NCBI GenBank assembly: GCA_016202485.1
Contig: JACQOP010000138.1
Coordinates: forward strand, 1-43,544
DNA: 43,544 bases
Direction of reading: 5' to 3'
From: Chloroflexota bacterium
GTDB taxonomy: Bacteria; Chloroflexota; Dehalococcoidia; Lucifugimonadales; JACPCL1
The notes under the pieces were generated by a model. It searched no databases. It was not told the origin of the DNA and saw nothing but the letters and a program-made list of their open reading frames with translations. Below, one piece after another: positions 8,540-17,625 of this stretch. The position numbers were made by a program, and so were the translations under genes. Positions within the stretch are counted from its first letter, which is position 1. Each line of letters opens with the position of its first letter.

Positions 8540-9601
8540 ATGCAACCCCCTGCCATACGCTGCTTTGGCCTGACGAAGAAGTACGGCGAGGTGCTGGCGG
8601 TGGGCCGTGTGGATCTGGCGGTGGACCACGGCCAGAAGGTGGTGCTCCTGGGGCCCAGCGGCTGCGGGAAGACGACCCTGTTGCGCCTCATCGCCGGCTT
8701 TGAGACACCGACGACAGGCACTCTTGCCGTGGGCGGCCAACTGGTGGCCTGGCCCCGTTACTCCTTGACGCCGGAGAAGCGGCGCGTGGGCATGGTTTTC
8801 CAGGACTACGCCCTGTTCCCCCACCTGGACGTACGAGGGAACATTGCCTATGGCCTGAAGCGGAACGGGGACCGGGAGCAACGGGTGCAGGAGGTGGTGC
8901 ACCTGGTGGGCCTGCAAGGTAAGGAGCGGCGGATGCCCCACGAGCTGTCCGGCGGCGAGCAGCAGCGTGTGGCCCTGGCTCGGGCCCTGGCGCCCAAGCC
9001 GGCGGTAGTGCTCCTAGACGAGCCTTTCTCCAACCTGGACACGGGCCTGCGCAGCCGGGTCCGTGCCGAGGTGAAGGCCATCCTTACCGAGGCGAAGGCC
9101 ACCTGCATCTTTGTGACCCACGACCAGGAGGAGGCGCTGTTCCTGGGAGACAGGATTGCGGTGATGTCCCGGGGGCAGATTGAGCAAGTGGATACGCCGG
9201 AGGGTATCTTTCACCGTCCTGCGACGCCCTACGTGGCCTCCTTCATGGGGACCGCCGACTTTCTGAAAGGTGCTGTGGAAGGCGAGGTGGTGGTGACGGA
9301 GCTTGGGCCGGTGCCGCGCCCGCCGTCCGTGGTGCTGGAGGGGCAGGTGGAGGTCATGGTGCGTCCTGACGACGTGTCCATAGTCCATGACGGCCTTGCA
9401 GAGGCCAGGGTGGTCTCGCGGGTGTTTTCAGGGGCGCATTACCTGTACAAGGTGCGCCTGCCCTCGGGTGCGACAGTGCACAGCCTGATGGGCCACAGCC
9501 ATACCATAGAAGCGGGGGAGCGGGTCTCGGTACGGTTGTCGGCTGGGCACCCGCTGAACTGCTACGTGGACGGCCGGCTGCGGGGTGCTACGCTGTCGTA
9601 G
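8540..9601 (+). CDS. ABC transporter ATP-binding protein (FbpC/PotA-like with C-terminal TOBE-like region)
   Basis: GPSGCGKTT, LSGGEQQRVALARAL and LLDEPFSNLD motifs. No permease or binding-protein gene is adjacent. Confidence 0.85.
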   Translation: MQPPAIRCFGLTKKYGEVLAVGRVDLAVDHGQKVVLLGPSGCGKTTLLRLIAGFETPTTGTLAVGGQLVAWPRYSLTPEKRRVGMVFQDYALFPHLDVRGNIAYGLKRNGDREQRVQEVVHLVGLQGKERRMPHELSGGEQQRVALARALAPKPAVVLLDEPFSNLDTGLRSRVRAEVKAILTEAKATCIFVTHDQEEALFLGDRIAVMSRGQIEQVDTPEGIFHRPATPYVASFMGTADFLKGAVEGEVVVTELGPVPRPPSVVLEGQVEVMVRPDDVSIVHDGLAEARVVSRVFSGAHYLYKVRLPSGATVHSLMGHSHTIEAGERVSVRLSAGHPLNCYVDGRLRGATLS

Positions 9602-9632
9602 GGCCCCGACGCTGAAGGCCCAATGAATCCCG

Positions 9633-9674
9633 AAAAAGCAGGGCCACGGCATTGCCGTGGCCCTGCTGGTTTTT
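9633..9674. terminator. Bidirectional rho-independent terminator
   Basis: A 13-bp stem gcagggccacggc / gccgtggccctgc is flanked by aaaaa and ttttt, between convergent genes. Confidence 0.7.
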
Positions 9675-9704
9675 GCCCATGGGGGTGTAAGGGGTCTCAA
9701 AAGG

Positions 9705-9929
9705 CTAGCGCAGGCGGAAGCGGGAGAGCCTCTGGACCCAGTGGCTGCGCAAGTCTGCCTGGCGCGGCTCAAAAATAGAACCTGGCCCGGGGAGACCGGC
9801 GTCGCTGGCCTGGCCGCCGGCGATGTTCCTGGAGACAAGAGCCGCTGCGGAGAGGCCTGTCATCCCCAAGGCTATGCGCTTGAGGAAGGCGCGGCGGGTT
9901 TCCGTGGCAGGAGCAGATTTGGCCTGCAT
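9705..9929 (-). CDS. Small protein with twin-arginine signal (74 aa)
   Basis: TRRAFLKRIALGMTGLSAAALV matches the Tat motif. SD gaggg lies 6 nt before ATG 9929. Function unknown. Confidence 0.45.
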   Translation of the reverse strand: MQAKSAPATETRRAFLKRIALGMTGLSAAALVSRNIAGGQASDAGLPGPGSIFEPRQADLRSHWVQRLSRFRLR

Positions 9930-10164
9930 GGTGAGCACCCTCATAGAAAGGTAAGCGGACATTATTGTAGCTTACTTGGGCGGAAACGCAAGGGTTTTGA
10001 AAGGGCGGCGCTTCCATTCATCAACCGAATGTGGTATGTGAAGGCGCTCTTGCTTTTTGGGGGGACTGGCTGTTTTCTCCTCTAGGGCGGGATCTCTAGC
10101 GGAATCCGACGGGTGGGTGAAGACGAACTCACTGTTGATTTGTGAAATTTCCTTCAAAAAGGGA

Positions 10165-10193
10165 TTCACAAGCGGCCATTAAGATGCTAGAGT
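10165..10193 (+). promoter_or_regulatory. Candidate sigma-70 promoter upstream of the ACIII region
   Basis: ttcaca-17 nt-tagagt in the AT-richer intergenic region. Pattern match only. Confidence 0.25.
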
Positions 10194-10248
10194 ATCCGAC
10201 GGCCCTTTGAGCTACATGAGGCTGTTGGGCCGTCTCCAAGGAGTGGTT

Positions 10249-10539
10249 ATGGATCCCACCTATATCACTACAGAAATCTGGCAAGATATTTCCACTGCCT
10301 TGCGCCTTTTGTGGCTGTATGTTTTTCTGATTCTGGGATTCGCCACCAACTTCCTTATCGCTCACGCCCTTATCCCCTCCCTGGCTTCAACCCGCCAGAT
10401 CCCAGACAAGCTGGTAAAGCTGCGCGCCCTGGTCTATCTCATGGCCTTTGGCGCCCTGGGGCTGGCTATCCTTATCTTTGTGGGCTTCCTGCTGAACCTA
10501 GACGTGCTGGGACGCGTTTGGCCGCGCTGGTGGCTCTAA
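10249..10539 (+). CDS. Small 2-TM membrane protein upstream of actA
   Basis: SD aaggag 6 nt before ATG 10249. It has two hydrophobic helices and ends 30 nt before actA on the same strand. Confidence 0.5.
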   Translation: MDPTYITTEIWQDISTALRLLWLYVFLILGFATNFLIAHALIPSLASTRQIPDKLVKLRALVYLMAFGALGLAILIFVGFLLNLDVLGRVWPRWWL

Positions 10540-10569
10540 GCTAGTGGAACCGTAGGGATAATTCTGACC

Positions 10570-11193
10570 ATGCCAAAGGCGCTCACTGGACTTATCATAG
10601 CCTCTATAGCAGGGTTGGTGTTGCTTGGAGCGGTGGTCTACCTTGTTGGCAGTGCCTGGTTTGGCCTCCCTGTCGGTGCTCAGGGGCCGGACCAGCCAAT
10701 TGCCTTCCCTCATACGGTGCACGCCGGGTCTGTGGAGAGTGGCGGCATTGGCCTGGACTGCACCTTCTGCCACCGCAACGTGGATAAGGGTGCGGCGGCG
10801 ACGGTGCCGGCAGTGCAGCAGTGCATGTTCTGTCACTCCAAGGTGGGCGGCACTACAGAAGCGGCCCAGTTGCAAATCACGAAGCTCCGTAACTACTATG
10901 AGTCGGACACCGCGATTAACTGGGTGCGGGTCCACCGTCTGCCGGACCACGTCCAGTTTGTCCATGACCTGCACATCAACTATCTGATGGAAAACCCTGC
11001 GCGGATTGTTAATTCCGTGCCGGAGATAGGCTCGGACGGGTCGGTGAACGCCGCCCAGACCTGCTCCACCTGCCACGGCCAGATAGCCACTATGACCACG
11101 GTAAAACAGGTGCGGGCCCTGAAGATGGGGGACTGTGTGGACTGCCACCGGCAGAACAATGCCCCAACGGACTGTGCCATCTGCCATTACTAA
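10570..11193 (+). CDS. actA: ACIII pentaheme cytochrome c subunit ActA
   Basis: N-terminal membrane anchor plus five CxxCH motifs (CTFCH, CMFCH, CSTCH, CVDCH, CAICH). Confidence 0.85.
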   Translation: MPKALTGLIIASIAGLVLLGAVVYLVGSAWFGLPVGAQGPDQPIAFPHTVHAGSVESGGIGLDCTFCHRNVDKGAAATVPAVQQCMFCHSKVGGTTEAAQLQITKLRNYYESDTAINWVRVHRLPDHVQFVHDLHINYLMENPARIVNSVPEIGSDGSVNAAQTCSTCHGQIATMTTVKQVRALKMGDCVDCHRQNNAPTDCAICHY

Positions 11194-11221
11194 ACCCAAA
11201 CCAGCTGGCGGATCTGAGAAG

Positions 11222-13516
11222 ATGAGAACAACCCGGCGAAAGTTTCTAAAGTGGTCCAGCGTCGGTGCACTGGGAGCGGTCGTCTTTGGCGGCTGCACCA
11301 TCCCAGAGAGTGCGCTCCTGGTCCAGAGTCCGGTCCGGATGCCTGAGGACCTGGTATCGGGGCTGGAAGCCTGGTACGCCACCTCCTGCGGCCAGTGCGG
11401 TGCTGGGGAAGGTATCATCGTGCGGGTGATTGAGGGCCGGGCCATCAAGATTGAAGGCAACCCAGACCACCCGGTGAGCCGGGGCAAGTCCGTGGCCATG
11501 TGCCAGGCAGGGTTGCAAAGCCTGTACAACCCCGCGCGGCTGCGGGCGCCGATGAAGTTGACGGGCTCTCGGGGTTCGGGCCAGTACCAGGAGATTACCT
11601 GGGAGGAGGCCTATGCAGAGGTGGTGGATAGCCTCCGCTCTGCAGACCCCGCCAGAGTGGCGCTGATGACGGAGCCCCTGCGGGGCACCCTGGGCATGAT
11701 GGCCGGCAAATTTATGGAGGCATACGGGGGCCAGCACCTTGGGTACGAGGCCCTGGAGCGCACGACGCTGAAGGCGGCGGTACAGCAGGTCTTTGGGGCT
11801 GAAAGGCTGCCGGACTTTGACATTGACCACTCCGACTACATCCTTAGTTTCGGTGCAGACTTCCTCTCCTCCTGGCTCTCGCCGACACGGTACAATCGGG
11901 GCTATGGGGAGTTCCGGCAAGGCGGGAATGAGCGGGGCACGCTGATACAGGTGGAGAGCCGGTTCTCCATGACCGCCGCCAATGCGGACAAGTGGGTGTT
12001 TGTGCGGCCTGGACGGGAAGGGGAGGTTGCCGTGAGCATTGCCTACGTGCTGATGACGGAGTATGCCGGGGCTATTGACGCCGCTGCTGCAAATGCGTTG
12101 ACCGGCGGCCAGGGCGCCACAGTCCTGGGGACATTTACCCCGGAGGCGGTGGCCCAGACTTCGGGCGTCTCGGCGGAGCGGATACGGGAGCTGGCAAAGG
12201 CCCTGGCGGAGCACCCCAACTCCATCGTCCTTGGCGGCGGGTCTGCCGGGGCGACCAGCAACGGGTTGTCCAACCTGAAGGCTATCTACTCCCTGAACCA
12301 CCTCATTGGTAGCGTAGGCCGGAGCGGCGGCGTGGTGTTCAACCCTGCCTCGCCATTGGGGGACCTGCCGGCGGAGGGCAAGGCTGGTCCCTTTGAGGAG
12401 TGGCAGGGCCTGGCGGATCGGATGCGTGGTGGGCAGGTGCAGGTGGCGATGGTGCATGGCGCCAACCCCGCCTATGGCCTGCCTACGGCGGTGGGCTTTG
12501 AGGAAGCCTTGAACGGCGCTGGAAAGATTATCAGTTTTTCCAGCTTCATGGATGAGACGACCCGGTGGGCGGATCTCATCCTGCCTGACCACGTCTATTT
12601 GGAGTCCTGGGGCGACGATGTGCCTGAGCCGGGCCCTGGCTATCAGGTGGTGACCTTCCAGCAGCCGGTGGTCCGTCCCCTGTACCGGACCCGGGCCTTT
12701 GGGGACAGCCTGCTGGCGGTGGCAAAGGAGCTTGGCAGCTCTGTGGCGGCGGCCTTGCCCTGGGCCACCATGAAGGAGGCTGTTCAGGAGACGGCCCTGA
12801 AGCTGCAAGCCCTGGCCCGGGGTTCGGTGCAATCGGGTGATGCCCGGTCCTTCTGGAATGCCGTGCTGCAGCGAGGCGGCTGGTGGGACCTGGATGCAAA
12901 GGGTGAACGGCCTGCGGAGGGGCCTCCTGCACTGCCCACAAACGCAGTGGAGCCGCGGTTTGAAGGCCCCACCAGTGGGGCTTCCTTCTTCCTGGTGCCC
13001 TTCGTCTCCAATTCCCTTGGGGACGGGAAGGGAGCGAACCTTCCCTGGCTGCAGGCTGCGCCTGACCCGGTGACGACGGTGGTGTGGCACACGTGGGTGG
13101 AGCTGAGCATGTCCAAGGCCCAGGAGTTGGGGATCAAGGAAGGCGACGAGTTGGAGATTGAGGGGGCGGGGGGACGGAGAATCGTGGCCAAGGCCTACTT
13201 GCACCCCGGAGTTTCCCCCGATGTGGTGTGTATTCCCACCGGCCAGGGCCATACCCACTATGGAGATTTCCTGGTTGGCCCGGATGTGTCAAGATTCCAA
13301 AACGGAGTCGGGACAGGGCGGGGCCCTAACGTGTTTGCGCCGCTGGCGGCTGCGAAGGTGGAAGGCTCGGGGGCTTTGGCCTGGGCGGCCAACCGCGTCA
13401 GCATACGGAAGACAGGCAATAGCGGCCGGTTGGCAAAGCTGGAAGGGCCTGTGTTCCCGGACTTCCATGATGTTGAAGCGTACTGGCCCATTAGAAAGCC
13501 GGAGTCCAGCCATTAG
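11222..13516 (+). CDS. actB: ACIII molybdopterin-oxidoreductase-like subunit ActB1
   Basis: Tat signal TRRKFLKW and a MopB-like fold. The N-terminal Cys motif is degenerate (CGQCGAGEG instead of CxxCxxxC). The start was moved to ATG 11222. Confidence 0.85.
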   Translation: MRTTRRKFLKWSSVGALGAVVFGGCTIPESALLVQSPVRMPEDLVSGLEAWYATSCGQCGAGEGIIVRVIEGRAIKIEGNPDHPVSRGKSVAMCQAGLQSLYNPARLRAPMKLTGSRGSGQYQEITWEEAYAEVVDSLRSADPARVALMTEPLRGTLGMMAGKFMEAYGGQHLGYEALERTTLKAAVQQVFGAERLPDFDIDHSDYILSFGADFLSSWLSPTRYNRGYGEFRQGGNERGTLIQVESRFSMTAANADKWVFVRPGREGEVAVSIAYVLMTEYAGAIDAAAANALTGGQGATVLGTFTPEAVAQTSGVSAERIRELAKALAEHPNSIVLGGGSAGATSNGLSNLKAIYSLNHLIGSVGRSGGVVFNPASPLGDLPAEGKAGPFEEWQGLADRMRGGQVQVAMVHGANPAYGLPTAVGFEEALNGAGKIISFSSFMDETTRWADLILPDHVYLESWGDDVPEPGPGYQVVTFQQPVVRPLYRTRAFGDSLLAVAKELGSSVAAALPWATMKEAVQETALKLQALARGSVQSGDARSFWNAVLQRGGWWDLDAKGERPAEGPPALPTNAVEPRFEGPTSGASFFLVPFVSNSLGDGKGANLPWLQAAPDPVTTVVWHTWVELSMSKAQELGIKEGDELEIEGAGGRRIVAKAYLHPGVSPDVVCIPTGQGHTHYGDFLVGPDVSRFQNGVGTGRGPNVFAPLAAAKVEGSGALAWAANRVSIRKTGNSGRLAKLEGPVFPDFHDVEAYWPIRKPESSH

Positions 13517-13548
13517 GCAAGGCGGGGCTGCTCACTAAGGAGACTCTC

Positions 13549-14280
13549 ATGGTTTCAACCCCACGGGAACGAAAGTGGCAGATGGTAGTGGATGCAGACC
13601 GGTGTACCGGCTGCCAGGCCTGTGTTATTGCCTGCCAGGCGGAAAACAATATCCCTATCAATTCCGAGTCGCACTTTCAGCAAAAGCGGGCATTCACCTG
13701 GATACGTATAGAGCGGTACTGGGAAGGGGAATTTCCGGAGGTGAAGGCGCGGTTTATTCCCTTCCTGTGCCAGCACTGTGACAATGCGCCATGCGAGCCG
13801 GTGTGCCCGGTCTTTGCTACCTATCACAATAACGAAGGGCTGAACGTCCAGGTTTACAACCGGTGTGTGGGCACGCGTTTCTGCCAGAATAACTGCCCTT
13901 ACCATGCGCGGTATTTCAACTTCTGGGAGCCGGTGTGGCCCGAGACGTTGCGCAACGCCCTGAACCCGGACGTGACGGTGCGCGGGCGCGGCATTATGGA
14001 GAAGTGCACTTTTTGTGTTCAGCGTATCCGCCGTGGGGAGCAGGACGCCAAGCGTGAGGGGCGTGACGTGCGTGACGGGGAGTTCCAGCCGGCGTGCGCC
14101 CAGGCATGTCCTGCCAACGTGCTCATCTTTGGGGATGTCAGGGACCCGCAGAGCCGCATCCACGAGTTCCTGGCGAAGGACCGGCGGTTCCGGCTGCGAG
14201 AGGAACTGGGCACTGAGACAAACGTAATTTACCTGAGCAAGCTAGACCTGGAAGCCAAGGAAGTAGCAGGACATGCATAG
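13549..14280 (+). CDS. actB: ACIII 4Fe-4S ferredoxin subunit ActB2 (PsrB/DmsB-like)
   Basis: Four Cys clusters (CTGCQACVIAC, CQHCDNAPCEPVC, CVGTRFCQNNC, CTFC...CAQAC). It has its own SD taaggag. Confidence 0.9.
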   Translation: MVSTPRERKWQMVVDADRCTGCQACVIACQAENNIPINSESHFQQKRAFTWIRIERYWEGEFPEVKARFIPFLCQHCDNAPCEPVCPVFATYHNNEGLNVQVYNRCVGTRFCQNNCPYHARYFNFWEPVWPETLRNALNPDVTVRGRGIMEKCTFCVQRIRRGEQDAKREGRDVRDGEFQPACAQACPANVLIFGDVRDPQSRIHEFLAKDRRFRLREELGTETNVIYLSKLDLEAKEVAGHA

Positions 14281-15658
14281 CAACGGCCATCGTCCAGCCC
14301 CTGCGGTGGCGGTGAGCGAGTTCACCGAGGACATCGTCGGCCGGCAAGCCATCACAGGGCCCCGGTACCGGCGGGCCATGGTCATTTTGGGCGGACTTTT
14401 TGTGCTGGGCGTCATCGGGTTTATCGTGAGGGCAGTGACAGACGGGTTTGACGACCGGCTGCCCTGGGGCTATCTCGCCGCCACCGCCGGCTACTTGCTG
14501 ACTACAGCATGTGCGGCGCCTCTGGCCATTATTGGCCTGCGGGCCATCAAGGCCCACTGGCGACGCCCACTGGCGCGCCTGGCGGAGCTGTACAGCCTGG
14601 GGACGGTGGTGGTCCTGGCGATATTCGTTCCGTTGATGTTCCTGATCCCTTCGGCGGTGGACCGGCGGACGATGTATTTCCAGAGCAGTGGGACATCGGG
14701 GCTGCCTGGCACCCTGGGCCGTATTCCTGGCGCGCCCCAAGCCTATGACTTGGCCCTGCTGATTGCGCTGGTAGTGGCGGCCATTGGCCTGGTGTGGGCT
14801 TCCACCCGCCCGGACCGGGTGCTGCTGGGGAACCGGCGCGGCGTCCACAGGGGCAGGTGGTGGGGGTCCATCAAGCAGTGGCGGGTGACCACGGTTGGCA
14901 TAGGACTGATAGGAGCGATTTACTTTGTAACCCTGATTGGGTTCAACTCAATGTATAGCCTAGACTTTGCGATGGCGCTGGTGCCGGGCTGGAAAGACGC
15001 CATCTTCCCTGCATTCCAGGGGATCACCGCCTTGCAGGGGGGCCTGGCCACGGTGATCGTATCCATGTATGTGCTGCGGCGGTTTGGGAAGATGGAGCGG
15101 TACATCCACATGGAACACTTCTGGGCGGCGAGCAAACCGCTGCTTGCCTTCTGCCTCTTGTGGTTCTACTTTGGGTGGTCTACCTTTATCATCCTGTGGT
15201 ACGGGCGCATGCCGGTGGAGCAGAACGTGATGCAGTTGCTCTACTTTGGCCCGTACTCCGTTTTCTTCTACGGCGCTTTTCTGTTGTGCTTCGTTGCGCC
15301 CTTTCTTACGCTGCTGTGGAACAGCGTGCGCAAGAGCTGCCTGGGCCCCACGGTTGCGGCGACGTTTATTCTCATCGGCAACCTGAGCGACAAAATACGC
15401 CTGTACGCCGGCTCGTGGTCCGTGCCCAACGAGGTGATTACAGACCATGCCCTTGAAGTAGTGCCCGCGGCCCGGTACCCCGACGCCTTTGACATCATGA
15501 TGATGGCGGGAGGCATTGCGGGGGCTATCTTTATCGTGCTGTGGATGGCAAGACGGGTGTCCATCATCTCTATTTGGGAGATGTCGGAAGGGCTCCGCCT
15601 GCGGGTGGTGCGTCCCTTCCTGCGGACCCACGTGTCGGTGCTGGGGAAGCCTGAATAA
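14273..15658 (+). CDS. actF: ACIII NrfD-like membrane subunit, ActF-like paralog
   Basis: Polytopic protein with an NrfD/PsrC-type WG...HWRRPLARLAE motif. It overlaps actB2 by 8 nt. Confidence 0.7.
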   Translation: MHSNGHRPAPAVAVSEFTEDIVGRQAITGPRYRRAMVILGGLFVLGVIGFIVRAVTDGFDDRLPWGYLAATAGYLLTTACAAPLAIIGLRAIKAHWRRPLARLAELYSLGTVVVLAIFVPLMFLIPSAVDRRTMYFQSSGTSGLPGTLGRIPGAPQAYDLALLIALVVAAIGLVWASTRPDRVLLGNRRGVHRGRWWGSIKQWRVTTVGIGLIGAIYFVTLIGFNSMYSLDFAMALVPGWKDAIFPAFQGITALQGGLATVIVSMYVLRRFGKMERYIHMEHFWAASKPLLAFCLLWFYFGWSTFIILWYGRMPVEQNVMQLLYFGPYSVFFYGAFLLCFVAPFLTLLWNSVRKSCLGPTVAATFILIGNLSDKIRLYAGSWSVPNEVITDHALEVVPAARYPDAFDIMMMAGGIAGAIFIVLWMARRVSIISIWEMSEGLRLRVVRPFLRTHVSVLGKPE

Positions 15659-15705
15659 TCCCTGAATAATCCTGGTGTGATTGTGGTTAAGGAGACTGGT
15701 AGGCT

Positions 15706-17082
15706 ATGCAACAAAGGGTAGCGTTACCTCACCCTCAGATAAATGCAGACCTGCTGAAGAATGTCCTGAAGGCCCCAGCGTGGTACTGGGGGATCATGGC
15801 CTTCCTGGGCGGTGTAGTCATCTTCGGTTCGGTGCTGGTGGCGTACCTGCTCAACAAGGGCTTCGGCTTATCGGGGGCGCACCGGCCGGTGATGTGGGGC
15901 ATCCTTATTGTGGACTTCGTCTTCTGGATCGGTATCAGCCATGCGGGCGTGATGCTTTCGGCCATCCTGCGGCTGAGCAAAGCAGAGTGGCGGCGGCCTG
16001 CCACGCGGGCTGCGGAGGTGCTGACGGTCTTCTCCCTGATGATTGCGGCGCTGCACCCTGTGGTGCATGCGGGCCGTCCCTGGCGCATCATCTACTGGTC
16101 CTTCCCCTATGACTTCTCCCGGGGGCTATGGGTGAATATCCGGTCCCCCCTGGTGTGGGACCCCAGCGCCATCTTTACGTACCTGACGGGGAGCACCCTC
16201 TTTGTGATTGTGGCCCTGATCCCGGACATGGCCGTCATCCGCGACCGCACCACGGGCATACGGCACAACATCTATAGCGTCATGGCCATGGGGTGGCGCG
16301 GCACCCCCAGGCAATGGAAGCTGCAGGTAGTAGCGGGTTTCCTGCTGTCGGCGTTGCTGCTACCGGTGTTCGTTTCAGTCCATAGCATCGTGTCCTGGGA
16401 CTTCGCCGTGATGATTGGCGTGGAAGGGTACCACGTGACCATCTTCGCTCCCTACTTCGTTATTGGCGCGGTCCTGTCAGGCGTGTCTGCCGTGGTCACA
16501 ATGATGATCCTGATGAAGTGGATGTTCGGCTGGGGTAACTACATCCGGCAGGAGCATATTGAGAACCTGGCCAAGCTCCTGGTGGTCATCGGTACAGGCT
16601 GGCTCTATTTCTTCTTCGTTGAGTTCATATTCGCCCTGTACAGCCTGGAGTCCCAGGAGATTGCCCTTCGGGAGCTGCAAGCCTTCACCTGGCCATACTG
16701 GCCTCTGGCGCTGGTGTTCATCTTCCTGTCCTACATTATTCCAATTCCCATGTGGATGTTCCCTGGGGTGCGCCGAAATATCAGGATTATGTTCTGGAGC
16801 TCCCTGGTGGTAAACGTGGGCATGTGGCTGGAGCGGTTCCTCATCATCGTTCCGGGCCTGGCACGCAAGCAGGTGTGGACCTTTGACTGGAGCACCTATC
16901 ACCCCAGCTTCATAGAGGTCATGATTGTGGTGACGGCCTACGCCCTGGTGTTCCTGCTGTTACTGACCTTTGCAAAGCTGTTCCCCTTGATCCCCCTCTT
17001 TGACATCAAGGAAGGGGACATCCTGGGTGATGAAATCGTTATAGGCAAGCGGAGGGTCCCAGCCCTCCGGGTTGAAGAGTAG
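15706..17082 (+). CDS. actC: ACIII NrfD-like quinol-interacting subunit ActC
   Basis: WGILIVDFVFWIGISHAGVMLSAILRL..WRRPATRAAE..HAGRPW motif block. It is followed directly by actD, as in canonical clusters. Confidence 0.8.
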   Translation: MQQRVALPHPQINADLLKNVLKAPAWYWGIMAFLGGVVIFGSVLVAYLLNKGFGLSGAHRPVMWGILIVDFVFWIGISHAGVMLSAILRLSKAEWRRPATRAAEVLTVFSLMIAALHPVVHAGRPWRIIYWSFPYDFSRGLWVNIRSPLVWDPSAIFTYLTGSTLFVIVALIPDMAVIRDRTTGIRHNIYSVMAMGWRGTPRQWKLQVVAGFLLSALLLPVFVSVHSIVSWDFAVMIGVEGYHVTIFAPYFVIGAVLSGVSAVVTMMILMKWMFGWGNYIRQEHIENLAKLLVVIGTGWLYFFFVEFIFALYSLESQEIALRELQAFTWPYWPLALVFIFLSYIIPIPMWMFPGVRRNIRIMFWSSLVVNVGMWLERFLIIVPGLARKQVWTFDWSTYHPSFIEVMIVVTAYALVFLLLLTFAKLFPLIPLFDIKEGDILGDEIVIGKRRVPALRVEE

Positions 17083-17105
17083 TCCGAACCTACAGGAGCA
17101 AGCCC

Positions 17106-17615
17106 ATGGCGCAGATGCTTGGACTGTTCAAAGAGGAAGAGGCTGAGGCCGCGGCCAACGCTACAGAGGCGTTGGAGCGGGCCGGCTACAGCAACGAGCA
17201 CTTTGAGGTACTGACGGGGTCGCCCTATCCGGAGGGGGCCTTTGGGGAGCGGGAAGTGAAGCACAAGCTGTACGTGTTTCCCTTTATGGGGGCGCTGCTT
17301 GGGCTTTCCGTTGCCCTGCTGCTGACCAGCGCAACGCAGATGGCGTACCCGCTGATAGTGGGCGGCAAGCCCATCCTGTCCATGCCGGCCATGACCATCA
17401 TTGCCTATGAGGGCACGATGCTGGGGGCGATACTGTTCACGGTGATGGGCATCTTCTTTGAGTCGCGGCTGCCAAACCCCAGCCCTGGCATCTATGACCC
17501 TCGCATCACCGCCGGGTACATCGGCATCACGCTGACGGTAAGCGATGACCGGGTGAATGCGGTGGACCAGCTCTTCCGTCGGGCAGGGGCTGCAGATGTG
17601 GTTATCCAGCGATAG
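17106..17615 (+). CDS. actD: ACIII subunit ActD (DUF3341-like)
   Basis: Soluble N-terminal domain plus two TM helices. Size and position match ActD. Confidence 0.75.
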   Translation: MAQMLGLFKEEEAEAAANATEALERAGYSNEHFEVLTGSPYPEGAFGEREVKHKLYVFPFMGALLGLSVALLLTSATQMAYPLIVGGKPILSMPAMTIIAYEGTMLGAILFTVMGIFFESRLPNPSPGIYDPRITAGYIGITLTVSDDRVNAVDQLFRRAGAADVVIQR

Positions 17616-17625
17616 GCAATCACCC

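Noticed and set aside
8540-9601. Lone ABC ATPase without partner genes, considered as an unusual feature.
   Set aside because: Orphan importer-type ATPases that serve permeases encoded elsewhere are common, and nothing in the sequence is atypical.
10141-10170. TGTGA ... TCACA inverted pentamers resembling a CRP/FNR-type site upstream of the ACIII region.
   Set aside because: The half-sites are 20 nt apart, whereas CRP-family sites need about 6 nt. The similarity is probably coincidental and overlaps the candidate -35 element.
11246-13258. Very long antisense ORFs. Examples are the 670-aa ORF opposite actB1, 4862..5827 opposite fabF, 69..1262, 6722..7555, 10498..11529, 35359..36009 and 40798..41646.
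   Set aside because: These are typical shadow ORFs of GC-rich DNA. Their translations are Arg/Pro/Gly/His-rich low-complexity strings with no motifs, and they lie opposite genes with clear family signatures.
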